Assembly (NCBI GenBank): GCA_033763905.1
Contig: JANRJP010000127.1
Location: 1 to 44,226, forward strand
Source: Gemmatimonadaceae bacterium
GTDB lineage: Bacteria; Gemmatimonadota; Gemmatimonadetes; Gemmatimonadales; Gemmatimonadaceae
DNA length: 44,226 nt
Reading direction: 5' to 3'
Shown: positions 10,135 through 19,560 of the stretch, one piece after another
Layout: each line of letters opens with the position of its first letter
Position numbering within the stretch: position 1 is the stretch's first letter
Position numbers and translations under genes: made by a program
Notes under the pieces: generated by a model
Databases searched by the model: none
What the model saw: the letters and a program-made list of their open reading frames with translations, nothing else
What the model was told of the DNA's origin: nothing

Positions 10135-11408
10135 GCGCCCGGCACCCGCGCGCTACCGCGCAGATCGTGCAGCGCGATCGCGTCGAGCGCTACGCCGGCC
10201 CACGTGTCGGCACCGGGCGGCACCACGAGCAGCACGTCCGCGCGCGCCAGCGGACCCAGCAGGTGCGAGCCCTGCGCACCCGCGAGTCGCGCCCGTGGCA
10301 GCGCGCCGGGCGCGACGTCGTCGTCGAGTGTCGCGCGCAACAGCAGGGTCATCGTGGCATCGCGCGCCACCGGCTCGGCCAACTGCACCGGCAGCATCGG
10401 GCGATGCGGCCGCGCGTCGCCGAGCATCGCGCGCAGCAGCGGGCGGAGCAGGAGTTCCCCCATCACCGCGGCCGACACCGGATTCCCGGGCATCCCGATC
10501 CACACGGCGTCACCGATCGCGCCGACAGCCACCTGCGATCCGGGCCGCGCGCGAATCTTCCAGAAATCCACGCGACCGCCGGCGTCCACCGCTGCGCCCT
10601 TGGTGACGTCGAAGTCTCCCGCCGCCACGCCGCCAGCCGTCACGATCACATCGGCGCGCGACGCGGCGTCGCGCATCGCGGCCGCGAGCGCGTCCCGCTG
10701 ATCCGGCACGATGCCCACATCCAGCACCGCGCCGCCCGCCGCCAACACGATCTGACGCAACACCACGCCGTTGCTGTCGATCACCTGCGGCGCGCCGGCC
10801 GCGAGGGCGGTCCCGGGTGGCACGAGCTCGTCGCCGGTGCGAATCAGCGCGACCACCGGCGGCCGATGCACCACGAGTTCGCGCACGCCGAGGGCCGCCA
10901 GCCACTGGCGATGCGCCGCCGACACCCGCGTGCCCGCGCGCAGCACGACGTCGCCGCTGCGCGCGTCTTCGCCGGCGGGCCGCACGTTGCGCCCTGCATC
11001 GCGGGCGTCGCGGATCTGCACCGTGGCATCACCGCGGTCGGTGTCCTCCCAGCGGATCACGCTATCGGCGCCACGGGGCACCGCAGCGCCGGTGAAGATG
11101 CGCACGGCTTCGCCCGGGGCCACGGCGCCCGTCGCCGCGGTACCGGCGGCAATGGTGCCGACGACGCGGAGCGACACGGGGGCGTGCGACGACGCGGTGC
11201 GGACGTCGTCGGCGCGCACCGCGTAGCCGTCCATCCCGGCGTTCGCGAAGCCGGGCGCGTCGAGTGCGGCGACCACATCGTCGGCGGTCACCACGAGCGC
11301 CGTATCGAGCGCATCGTGCCCGGTTACCGACACACGCTGCCGCGGCCGCGGCGCGCCCGCGGCGGTCACCGCGGCGATCGCCTCAGCGAGCGGGAGCGGG
11401 CCTCGCAC
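10131..11408 (-). CDS. moeA: Molybdopterin molybdenumtransferase
   Basis: MDGYAVR, RIFTGA, TGDEL, DSN, GGVAAGDFD, MPGNPVS. Confidence 0.9.
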   Translation of the reverse strand: MRGPLPLAEAIAAVTAAGAPRPRQRVSVTGHDALDTALVVTADDVVAALDAPGFANAGMDGYAVRADDVRTASSHAPVSLRVVGTIAAGTAATGAVAPGEAVRIFTGAAVPRGADSVIRWEDTDRGDATVQIRDARDAGRNVRPAGEDARSGDVVLRAGTRVSAAHRQWLAALGVRELVVHRPPVVALIRTGDELVPPGTALAAGAPQVIDSNGVVLRQIVLAAGGAVLDVGIVPDQRDALAAAMRDAASRADVIVTAGGVAAGDFDVTKGAAVDAGGRVDFWKIRARPGSQVAVGAIGDAVWIGMPGNPVSAAVMGELLLRPLLRAMLGDARPHRPMLPVQLAEPVARDATMTLLLRATLDDDVAPGALPRARLAGAQGSHLLGPLARADVLLVVPPGADTWAGVALDAIALHDLRGSARVPGA

Positions 11409-12918
11409 CGTCGCCCGGGCGCACGTAGCGCAGCGACGCCAGTCGCACCGCCAGGAAATCCTGCACCCGCTCGATGTCGCGCACGGGGGTCGTCCAGTTG
11501 TTGGCCAACGCCGAGAAGAGCAGCGTTTCGCCGTTGAGCGTCTTCACGTAGCCCGAGAGCGAACGCACCCGGTCCACATAGCCGGTCTTGGCCGACACGT
11601 TCCCCTGTGCCGTCGTGTTGCGCATCCGCGAGGCCAGCGTGCCGTCCACACCGGCGGTCGGTAGCGCGTCGCGGAAAATGCCGAACGTCGGCTGGCGCTG
11701 CATCGCGTCGAGCACGCGCGTGATTGCGCGCGGTGACACGAAGTTGTGTCGCGACAGTCCGCTGCCGTCCCGGACGACGGCGCGCGTGGAATCGACCTGC
11801 CACTGCGCCAACTGCCGACGGACGACGACCAAGCCGCTGTCCGCGTGCCCCACGCCGGTCTTCTCGAGCCCGAGGACGCGGAGCAGTTGCTCGCCGATCT
11901 GATTCTGCGAGGGCTTCTCGAAGTAGCGGAGCAGATCCGCGAGCGGCGGCGACATCAGCACCGCCAGCGTGTCGCCCGACAGCCGCGCGCGGCTGGCATC
12001 CACCTGCGACCCGCCGTCGACGGTCACACCAGCCGACGCCAGGGCCTGCGCCAACGCCTGAGCGGTCGCCCGCGCGGGATCGCGCATCGCCACGCGCGCG
12101 GCAATCGACTGCCCTACCGTGACACTGCCACGCACGACGTACGCGCGCAGGTCGTCGTCCCACGCGACGTCGAAGGGCGCGCTCGAGTCCACGCTCGCGC
12201 GGGTGGGCTGCAGTTGCACCGCCACCGACGCCGCCTGCGACACGGGCAGCACGCGGACGTCTGGCATATCGCCGGCTTTCGCGGCCCCCTGCACGACGAT
12301 CCGCGCAATGCCTTCGTTGAGGAGCACCGCATCGACCGGCGCGCCGTACGCAAACTCGAGATCGTCGTAGTCCCAGCCGAAGCCCACCTTGGGGCCGGCG
12401 AAGTGTCCGGTCGCCACCACCACGCGGCCGGTGATCTGGCGAATGCCGCGCGCCCGCACCGAATCGGCCAGTTCGCGCAGCGGCAGCAAGGCATCGCCCT
12501 GTACCGCGTCGCTCCACGACGGGTCGCCGCGCCCAATCAACACCACATCACCGGACAGCACGCCGTTCCGCACCGGGCCGCTGGCGACGAGTGCACTGCG
12601 AATGCGGAACTCGGGCCCCAACTGCGCCAAGGCCACGGCGCCGGTGATCAGCTTCTGGTTCGACGCCGGCACAAAGAGCTTGTCGGCATTGCGCGCGTAC
12701 AGCGTGTCCCCCGACTGCGGGTGCACCACCAGCACGCCCCAATGCGCGTTCGCAAACGCCGGCGCCGCGAGCAGGGAATCGAGATCGCGCGTCAGTTGCT
12801 CCCGCGGCGACAGCGCCAGCGGGGCCGCCGGCACCGCTGCCACGCGACCGCCGCACGCCGACAGCACCGCACTGGCGGCGAGCAGCGCCGATGGCAGGAC
12901 GCCGCGCCACACGCTCAC
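11383..12918 (-). CDS. dacB: D-Ala-D-Ala carboxypeptidase/endopeptidase (PBP4, S13), predicted lipoprotein
   Basis: SxxK (PASNQK), SxN (SQN), KTG, DGSGLSR; lipobox LSAC after GTG 12918, which overlaps the PTPS stop. Confidence 0.92.
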   Translation of the reverse strand: MSVWRGVLPSALLAASAVLSACGGRVAAVPAAPLALSPREQLTRDLDSLLAAPAFANAHWGVLVVHPQSGDTLYARNADKLFVPASNQKLITGAVALAQLGPEFRIRSALVASGPVRNGVLSGDVVLIGRGDPSWSDAVQGDALLPLRELADSVRARGIRQITGRVVVATGHFAGPKVGFGWDYDDLEFAYGAPVDAVLLNEGIARIVVQGAAKAGDMPDVRVLPVSQAASVAVQLQPTRASVDSSAPFDVAWDDDLRAYVVRGSVTVGQSIAARVAMRDPARATAQALAQALASAGVTVDGGSQVDASRARLSGDTLAVLMSPPLADLLRYFEKPSQNQIGEQLLRVLGLEKTGVGHADSGLVVVRRQLAQWQVDSTRAVVRDGSGLSRHNFVSPRAITRVLDAMQRQPTFGIFRDALPTAGVDGTLASRMRNTTAQGNVSAKTGYVDRVRSLSGYVKTLNGETLLFSALANNWTTPVRDIERVQDFLAVRLASLRYVRPGDGARPAPAR

Positions 12919-13331
12919 GTGCGGCTCCACGTGGCCCACAACGTGGGCTCTTCGGCCACGACCACACGCTCCACCAGCGTGCCATCGGTCAACCGCGCCT
13001 GCACCCGCTCGGCAATCCATCGCGCCAACTCTTCGGTGGTGGGGATCAGCCGTCCGTCGGCGAACTCGGGGATGTCGGTGTTCAGGTTGGCGTGATCGAG
13101 TTGCTCGCGCAGCACGGCGATCGCCGCATCCAAGACGCCGAGATCCGCACAGAATCCGGTCTCGGCCGACACCGGGCCGCCCACGCTCACGTCGCACACG
13201 TAGGTGTGGCCGTGGTACTGCGGCCGCGCGCACTTCCCGAACACCGCCGCGTTGCGCGCGTCGTCCCACTCCGGCCGGCGATACCGATGCGCCGCCGAGA
13301 ACGTGAACCGTCGCGTCAACGTGAGCGGCAT
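12915..13331 (-). CDS. 6-pyruvoyl-tetrahydropterin synthase family protein (PTPS/QueD superfamily)
   Basis: FSAAHR, FGKCARPQYHGHTY, LDHANLN, PTTEE. Confidence 0.9.
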   Translation of the reverse strand: MPLTLTRRFTFSAAHRYRRPEWDDARNAAVFGKCARPQYHGHTYVCDVSVGGPVSAETGFCADLGVLDAAIAVLREQLDHANLNTDIPEFADGRLIPTTEELARWIAERVQARLTDGTLVERVVVAEEPTLWATWSRT

Positions 13332-14026
13332 CAGCGGAAGGTGATCAGCGTCAGGCCGAGCGTGGTCGTGATGTTGTGGCGCCACCCGTTGCGATCGCCG
13401 TTGCGGGTGAGGATCGCGTCACCGTAGGTAGTGCTGTAGTACGTGTCGGGATGGCGGAAGCGGTGCATGAAGTTGCCGACTTCCACGCGCACCCGATACT
13501 TGCTGTTCACGACGTAATGCATCCCGACGGTCGGCGTCACCGCCAGGCTCGTGCCGAAGCTGTAGCCGCCGACGTCCGTCGCCAGAATCAGATCCGACAC
13601 GAAGCCCACACCCAGGCTCACGACCGGAATCAGTCCCTTGCGACTCTTCTGGCCGGTCATATTGAGCGTGAAGCCGGCGTCGAACGCCGTGAACGGCCAC
13701 GAGTAGCTGCCCAAGCTGCGCTGACTCGGCGCGCGGAAGGGATCGACCGGCGTGCGCGAGGCGAACACCACCTGCTGCCGCACGTACAACGAGCCGGCTT
13801 CGCCGACCGACCAGTCGTAGCGCGCGCCGATCAGCGGTGCGCTGTTGGGCGCCACGCCGGCAGGATTGCGTCCCGCCGACCACCAGCCGCTGAAGACCGA
13901 CACACCCTGACGGAACGGCGCATCCCGATACGGGCTCCGCTCCGGAAGGTGTCCTACCTGCGCGCCGGCGGCGCGGCTGGCCAGCAGCAGCGCGAGCCCC
14001 GCGGCCAATCGTCGTGCACCCGTCAC
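13331..14026 (-). CDS. Exported protein, probable small outer-membrane beta-barrel
   Basis: Signal peptide ending AGA-Q; alternating hydrophobic, Gly/aromatic-rich strands; translationally coupled at both ends. Confidence 0.6.
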   Translation of the reverse strand: MTGARRLAAGLALLLASRAAGAQVGHLPERSPYRDAPFRQGVSVFSGWWSAGRNPAGVAPNSAPLIGARYDWSVGEAGSLYVRQQVVFASRTPVDPFRAPSQRSLGSYSWPFTAFDAGFTLNMTGQKSRKGLIPVVSLGVGFVSDLILATDVGGYSFGTSLAVTPTVGMHYVVNSKYRVRVEVGNFMHRFRHPDTYYSTTYGDAILTRNGDRNGWRHNITTTLGLTLITFR

Positions 14027-15621
14027 GCCATCACTCCGTGTTCCTGTTCAATCAACGCCAAGGCCCCCGACGGCTGCGTCACGTCGCGCAGGTCGCGGCC
14101 GGTCATTTCGTTCGGTCGATCCAAGCCCAGCATCGCCAGCACCGTCGGGCCAATGTCGCACAATGCGCTCTGACTGCGCAGCGGTATCGCGCCGCCCGCC
14201 GGATCGTACAGCACCAGCGGCACCGGATTCGTCGTGTGCGCGGTGTGGGGACCCCCGGTCGCGGGGTCGATCATCATTTCGCAGTTGCCGTGGTCCGCCG
14301 TGATCAACAGCCGCGTCCCGGTGCGTTCGGCGGCCGCCACGATCTGCGCGAGCGAACGATCGACCGTCTCGACCGCCGCCAGCGTGGCCGGAATCGATCC
14401 GGTGTGCCCGACCATATCGCCGTTCGCGAAGTTGCACAGCATAAAGTCGTGCTGCTGCCCGAGGATCGCGCGGCAGAGCACCTCGGTCACGCCCGCCGCG
14501 TTCATTTCGGGCTTGAGGTCGTAGGTCGCGACCTGCGGACTGGGCACGAGCTCACGCACCTCGCCAGCAAACGGCACTTCGACACCGCCATTGAAGAAGT
14601 ACGTCACGTGCGGGTACTTCTCGGTCTCGGCGGTGCGCAACATCGACAGCCCGGCGTCCGAAATCACCTCGGCCACGATGCGCGCCATCGAGAACGGCGC
14701 GAAGGCGACGGGGAATGGAAACCGCGCGTCGTACTGCGTCATCGTCGCGATGTGCAGCGACGGCCGCGTGGACACGTCGAAGCCGTCGAAATCGGCGACG
14801 CCCAACGCGCGCACGATCTGCCGCATCCGGTCCGAGCGGTAGTTCCAGCAAATGACCGCATCGCCGCTGCGCATCGGCGCGAGCGGTGCGCCGTCGTCGC
14901 CGACGATCACGTGCGGTACGACGAATTCGTCGGTCTCCCCGCGCGCGTGCGCGGCCTCGACACAGGCCAGTGCGTCGGTGGCGGTGGGGCCGCGCCCGTC
15001 GACAATCGCGCGATACGCCAGCTCGGTCCGCGGCCAGCGATTGTCGCGATCCATCGCGTAGTAGCGGCCGCTCACGCTCGCGATCACGGCCGCGCCCGCG
15101 GTGCGACTGCGCAGGGTGTGCAGGTGCGCGATCGCCGAGGTCGGCATCGTGTCGCGGCCGTCGAGCAGCGCGTGGATCGCGACCTTCGCCACCCCCCGCC
15201 GCTGCGCGAGATCCACCAGCGCAAAGGCGTGCTCGTCCAAGCCGTGCACGCCGCCATCGCCAATGAGCCCGAGCAGATGCAACGTGCCGCCGGTCGTGGC
15301 GACGTGTGCGCAGGCATCGACGAACGCCGCGTTCTGGAAGAACGACCCGTCCCGAATCGCCTGCGAAATGCGCACGAGGTCCTGCAGCACCACGCGGCCG
15401 GCGCCCAGGTTCAGGTGGCCGACTTCGGAATTGCCCATCTGTCCGGCCGGCAGCCCGACCGCCAGGCCCGAGGCCCGCAACAGGGTCTTCGGCTGCCGGC
15501 CCCAGAGCTGGTCCCAGGTCGGCGTGTTGGCCATCGCGATCGCGTTGCCTTCGCGCGCCTCGCGGTACCCCCAGCCGTCGAGCACGATCAGCGCTACCGG
15601 ACGTCCTGCAGTCGTGCTCAT
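14023..15621 (-). CDS. gpmI: 2,3-bisphosphoglycerate-independent phosphoglycerate mutase
   Basis: LDGWG, QMGNSEVGHLNLGAGR, GRYYAMDRD, AETEKYPHVTYFFNGG, TADHGN; AAAGGA RBS before ATG 15621. Confidence 0.96.
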   Translation of the reverse strand: MSTTAGRPVALIVLDGWGYREAREGNAIAMANTPTWDQLWGRQPKTLLRASGLAVGLPAGQMGNSEVGHLNLGAGRVVLQDLVRISQAIRDGSFFQNAAFVDACAHVATTGGTLHLLGLIGDGGVHGLDEHAFALVDLAQRRGVAKVAIHALLDGRDTMPTSAIAHLHTLRSRTAGAAVIASVSGRYYAMDRDNRWPRTELAYRAIVDGRGPTATDALACVEAAHARGETDEFVVPHVIVGDDGAPLAPMRSGDAVICWNYRSDRMRQIVRALGVADFDGFDVSTRPSLHIATMTQYDARFPFPVAFAPFSMARIVAEVISDAGLSMLRTAETEKYPHVTYFFNGGVEVPFAGEVRELVPSPQVATYDLKPEMNAAGVTEVLCRAILGQQHDFMLCNFANGDMVGHTGSIPATLAAVETVDRSLAQIVAAAERTGTRLLITADHGNCEMMIDPATGGPHTAHTTNPVPLVLYDPAGGAIPLRSQSALCDIGPTVLAMLGLDRPNEMTGRDLRDVTQPSGALALIEQEHGVMA

Positions 15622-15708
15622 TCCTTTGCGCTCGTGCGTACGGGTGCTAGTCTCACCGGCGATCCGGGCCGCATTCCCGCGGCGCGCGCCATTAACGTTC
15701 GGAAATCT

Positions 15709-16785
15709 ATGTCCGCGCTCGCCCGCTACAACGCATTGCGTCTGGCCGTCGCCCTCGTGGCGGCGGCGGCTTCCGCGCGCGCGCAGAGCGCCGGGCGGGC
15801 CCTTCGGGAGACCCCCTTGCTGGTACAGCCCTCGAATGGCGTTCGGTCCATCGGCGTGCTGGCGCAGGGGGCGGTGGTGCCTCGCGGCGAAACGCGCGGC
15901 GCGTGGGTCAAGGTCACGGTCGAAGGCTGGCTCGATCAATCGGTGCTGGCGGGCAAGGCCGACACCTTCCCGCGCAGTGCGCGCGTCGACGGCGCACGCG
16001 TTCGCGCCGTGGCCGCCGCCAACGGACGCATCGTGGCCACGCTCAAGCGCGGCAGCGGCCTCACGACGGCGGGCTCGCAGGGGACCTTTTTTCGCGTGCG
16101 CCGCAGTGCCTGGGTCCGCCGCGACGACTTGGCGCAGGCCGCCGACGCGGCCGCCAACGACAAGCCCGCCGCGGCCAAACCGGCGCCGAGCGGCGTCCGA
16201 GCGGTCCCGGCCACGGCGGCCGACGCCGCACCCGCGCTCATCGCCGCGCCCAGCACCGAGTCGGCGACTCCGCTACCCGCCAACGCCCTGCGCGTCGGGG
16301 CCAAGGGCAGCGAGCTGCGCACCAGTCCCGATGGCCGCAGTCTCGCCGCACTCCGCGCCGGCGCCGTGGTGACGCCGCTCGCGCGCGAGAAGGGCTGGGT
16401 GCGGGTGCGCATCGATGGCTGGCTGCCCGAGCGCGACGTCACACCGGCCGACAGCGGATTCCGCGGCGTCATCTCGGCGGCCGACCTCCGCGCCGATCCG
16501 GTGGGCACCAAGGGCACACTGCTCCGCTGGCGCGTCGAGGTCCTTGGTCTGCAGACGGCCGACGCCCTGCGGCGAGACCTCGAAGACGGCGAGCCGTATC
16601 TGCTCGCCCGCGGTCCGGACGGTGAGGAGTCGCTCCTGTATTTGGCCCTGCCGCCGTCCTTGGTGGCGGAGGCGCGGCAGTTGGCGCCGATGAGTCGCGT
16701 GCTCGTCACCGCGCGCGTGCGCACGGGACGCAGCGAGCCCACCGGCGTCCCGGTGCTCGACGTCACCGCGCTCGGCAAGCCGTGA
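15709..16785 (+). CDS. Exported protein with several SH3b-like repeats, an Ala/Pro linker and a probable C-terminal OB-like domain
   Basis: Signal peptide (ARA-Q); three repeats ending GAWVKVTVEGWL, GTFFRVRRSAWV and GWVRVRIDGWL; GTGA overlap with the next gene. Confidence 0.7.
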   Translation: MSALARYNALRLAVALVAAAASARAQSAGRALRETPLLVQPSNGVRSIGVLAQGAVVPRGETRGAWVKVTVEGWLDQSVLAGKADTFPRSARVDGARVRAVAAANGRIVATLKRGSGLTTAGSQGTFFRVRRSAWVRRDDLAQAADAAANDKPAAAKPAPSGVRAVPATAADAAPALIAAPSTESATPLPANALRVGAKGSELRTSPDGRSLAALRAGAVVTPLAREKGWVRVRIDGWLPERDVTPADSGFRGVISAADLRADPVGTKGTLLRWRVEVLGLQTADALRRDLEDGEPYLLARGPDGEESLLYLALPPSLVAEARQLAPMSRVLVTARVRTGRSEPTGVPVLDVTALGKP

Positions 16786-17414
16786 CGTCGAAAGCGCGCG
16801 TGCTCGCGTGGGTCGTGTCGGTGGCCGTCGTGGCCGCCGCCGCCGCGTGGAACGTGCAACTGCTCGCCGACTGGCGCCGCGAGTCCGCCGCGGCGAGCCG
16901 CGCCACCCGCGCCGCCGACAGCCTCGAAGCGCACACGCGCAGCACGCGCGAACGGGCCTTGGTGGAGCGACTGCGCCGCGAGGCACGCTCGCAACCCGGC
17001 GTCGCCTTGGCCATTGATCTCGACAGCGCGCACCTGACCCTGCTCCGCGACGGCCTGGTGCTGCGCCGGCTCCCGGTGACCCTCGGCGCAGCCACTGCAC
17101 AGGCCGACGCGCAGGCGCTGGGACGGGGCGCGTTCGAAGTGGCGACGGTGCTTGGCCCCAAGGACCGGTGGGAGGTGCCCGCCTGGTTGTTCACCGAGCG
17201 CGGGCTGCCCGTCCCCGAGACGACGGCCATTCGCGGCGCACTGGGCGTCGCCGCCGTGCGCTTGTCGGACGGGCCGTGGATCTACGCCCTGCCGACCGTC
17301 GGCCCCCTCGCCGACTCGACCTACACGATGCCAGGTGCCATTCGGGCCAAGGCCAAGGACTTGGCCTCGGTCACACCGAACGTGACGGTGGGCACGCCGG
17401 TATACATCTTCTAG
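16782..17414 (+). CDS. L,D-transpeptidase (YkuD)-like protein lacking catalytic His/Cys
   Basis: N-terminal TM helix; C-terminus WIYAL...PGAIR...VGTPVYIF aligns with GIHGT...HGCIR...VGTPVLVY of the next gene; the protein contains no Cys. Confidence 0.75.
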   Translation: MTSKARVLAWVVSVAVVAAAAAWNVQLLADWRRESAAASRATRAADSLEAHTRSTRERALVERLRREARSQPGVALAIDLDSAHLTLLRDGLVLRRLPVTLGAATAQADAQALGRGAFEVATVLGPKDRWEVPAWLFTERGLPVPETTAIRGALGVAAVRLSDGPWIYALPTVGPLADSTYTMPGAIRAKAKDLASVTPNVTVGTPVYIF

Positions 17415-17418
17415 GCCG

Positions 17419-18297
17419 ATGACCGACCCGATTCGCCCCGCCGACCCCCAGCCTGCCGCTCCGTCGCGGCTACGTCGCTGGCTGCTCGACGCCCCCCCGC
17501 TGTTGCTGCTGGGCGTGGCCGCCGCCATCGGCGTGGCTGGATTTGGCACTCGCCGCGCCATCGCGACGGCGTCAGCCGAGCGTCAGGCCGCCGAGGCTCG
17601 CCTCGATGCCGCCCGCCGCGAAGCGGCGGCGGCCGGCGACTCGCTCGCCGCGGTGCGGGCCGTCAGCGCCGGACCGGCCGGCGACACCGCGTTCATTGTG
17701 GTGTCGATCGCCGAGAATCGGCTGTGGTACAAGCGGCGCGACAGCGTGCTGTTCACGACGCGCGTGGCCACGGGCACGGGCGGTGAGCTCAAGAAGACGG
17801 CTGGCTCCAAGGCGACGTGGAAGTTCGACACGCCGCGCGGCCGGCTGAAGGTGGAGCGCAAGGACGAATCGCCGATGTGGGTGCCACCCGACTGGCACTT
17901 CGTGGAGCTGGCCAAGAAGAAGAAGCTGTCGCTGGTTTTCTTGAAGGGTGCGATGACGGTCCCGGTGGGTGACGGGTCGGTGATTGCGTTGAGCGGCCAG
18001 GACGTGGTGCGGCGGATGCCGGACGGGCACGAGATACCATACGACGCCCGCGAGGGTCGCGAGATCATCGTGGGTCGAAAGCTGATCGTGCCACCGTTGG
18101 GGACGCATCAGCGGCGATTCGCGGGGGTGTTGGGCGCGTTCCGCTTGTACTTGGGCGACGGGTACGGGATTCACGGGACGGACGTTCCTAGCTCGATTGG
18201 CCGTTCGGCCAGTCACGGATGCATCCGGGTTCGGAACGAGGATATCGAAGTCCTGTATCAACTTGTGTCGGTTGGGACTCCGGTGCTGGTGTACTAG
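17419..18297 (+). CDS. L,D-transpeptidase (YkuD family), membrane-anchored
   Basis: [25 protein letters not shown]...[13 protein letters not shown] with intact catalytic His and Cys. Confidence 0.92.
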   Translation: MTDPIRPADPQPAAPSRLRRWLLDAPPLLLLGVAAAIGVAGFGTRRAIATASAERQAAEARLDAARREAAAAGDSLAAVRAVSAGPAGDTAFIVVSIAENRLWYKRRDSVLFTTRVATGTGGELKKTAGSKATWKFDTPRGRLKVERKDESPMWVPPDWHFVELAKKKKLSLVFLKGAMTVPVGDGSVIALSGQDVVRRMPDGHEIPYDAREGREIIVGRKLIVPPLGTHQRRFAGVLGAFRLYLGDGYGIHGTDVPSSIGRSASHGCIRVRNEDIEVLYQLVSVGTPVLVY

Positions 18298-18507
18298 CTG
18301 GGCGCAGATTAATCGGGAAATCCACCTTTACTGGCCGGATAGTCAGGGCGGTTTCTTTTCCCGCTGTGTAATAGCACGGTCAGCCATTTGGCCGATATTC
18401 CCTGTTCCAGCGCCAACGTGCTGGAGCACAACCACGTTTTTCGCGGTGACGCCGACACTCCAGTAGTCGTCGCTCGCACAACTGCTCGCTCCAACGCCCA
18501 TCCGCCG

Positions 18508-19491
18508 ATGCACTTCCGCCGACTCCTCGACCGCGCCGCGCGACTGACCGTCGCCGCGATCGCGTGCGTGGTGATGGGCGGACCTCGCGTCGCGGACGCG
18601 CAGGGCTTCTCGCTGTCGACGTTCTTCGGCAAGGGCGCCGATACCGCCGCCGCCGCGCAGGACACCTCCAGCGCGCAGCTCCGCGGTCTGAGCGGCAAGC
18701 TCAAGCTTCGCATCTTCGGTCCGCGGCGCTCACTGCGTATCCCCGTGCTCGCCAAGTACTTCGGCGACTCGGCCGTGCGCACGCCGGGCATCCATCTGGC
18801 CCGCACCGACAACCCCACCGTCGCCGAGCGCTCCGATGTGTCGCTGGCCACGGTGGTGCCCTTCGAGACCAAGAACGGTCGCTTCGTCAACGGCTACCGC
18901 GTCGGCTTCTGGCCCGAAGAAAAGGGTCGGCTCCGCAACGGGATGTACCTGAATCCCGACGGCTTCGTGCAAGTCACCCGCGAGCAGGCCGATATGCCGC
19001 TCTCGGAGCACTTCCGCATTCGCGACTTCCTGACGCACGACCAGTCCGACGTGTGGCCCAAGTACGTCGTGCTGCGCGACGAGCTGATCGACAAGCTCGA
19101 ATTGGTCATCGCCGAGTTGCAGAGCGCCGGGCACCCGGTCAGCCATATGCAGGTGATCTCGGGCTTCCGGCATCCGGAGTACAACCAGGGCCTGCGCGCG
19201 CGCACCCGCCGCCGCACCGTGGGTTCGGCCGCCGAAGACAGCCGCCATCAGTTCGGCGATGCCGCCGACGTCATCGTGGACAACAATCACGACGGCCGGA
19301 TGGACGACTTGAACGGCGACGGCAAGAGCAACAGCAAGGACATCCGCGTGCTCATCGAAGCGGTCGAGCGCGTCGAGAAGGCCTATCCCGAGCTCGTCGG
19401 CGGCGCCGGTACCTACAAGGCCACGCGCCAGCACGGCCCGTTCGTGCATATCGACGTCCGCGGCGCCCGCGCCCGCTGGGGCAAGAACTGA
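18508..19491 (+). CDS. Peptidase M15A / YcbK(MepK)-like LAS metallopeptidase, exported
   Basis: ISGFRHPEYN, SRHQFGDAAD (H-x6-D), FVHIDVRG; signal peptide (ADA-Q). Confidence 0.85.
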   Translation: MHFRRLLDRAARLTVAAIACVVMGGPRVADAQGFSLSTFFGKGADTAAAAQDTSSAQLRGLSGKLKLRIFGPRRSLRIPVLAKYFGDSAVRTPGIHLARTDNPTVAERSDVSLATVVPFETKNGRFVNGYRVGFWPEEKGRLRNGMYLNPDGFVQVTREQADMPLSEHFRIRDFLTHDQSDVWPKYVVLRDELIDKLELVIAELQSAGHPVSHMQVISGFRHPEYNQGLRARTRRRTVGSAAEDSRHQFGDAADVIVDNNHDGRMDDLNGDGKSNSKDIRVLIEAVERVEKAYPELVGGAGTYKATRQHGPFVHIDVRGARARWGKN

Positions 19492-19560
19492 ATCTCGGCG
19501 GCCCACGCCGCCGTTGTGCTGGGTACACGGGCCGCACGCCCTCTTTCTCCCGCACCCGCA

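Noticed and set aside
12919..13269. N-terminal extension of the dacB ORF
   Set aside because: Overlaps PTPS in another frame; the lipoprotein signal begins at GTG 12918.
14014..15708. N-terminal 565 codons of the 923-aa + strand ORF
   Set aside because: Antisense to gpmI; the real gene starts at ATG 15709 with a signal peptide.
18367..18460. Sigma-28-like GCCGATA -10 upstream of the M15A gene
   Set aside because: No TAAA -35 at the required spacing, and GCCGA is common in GC-rich DNA.
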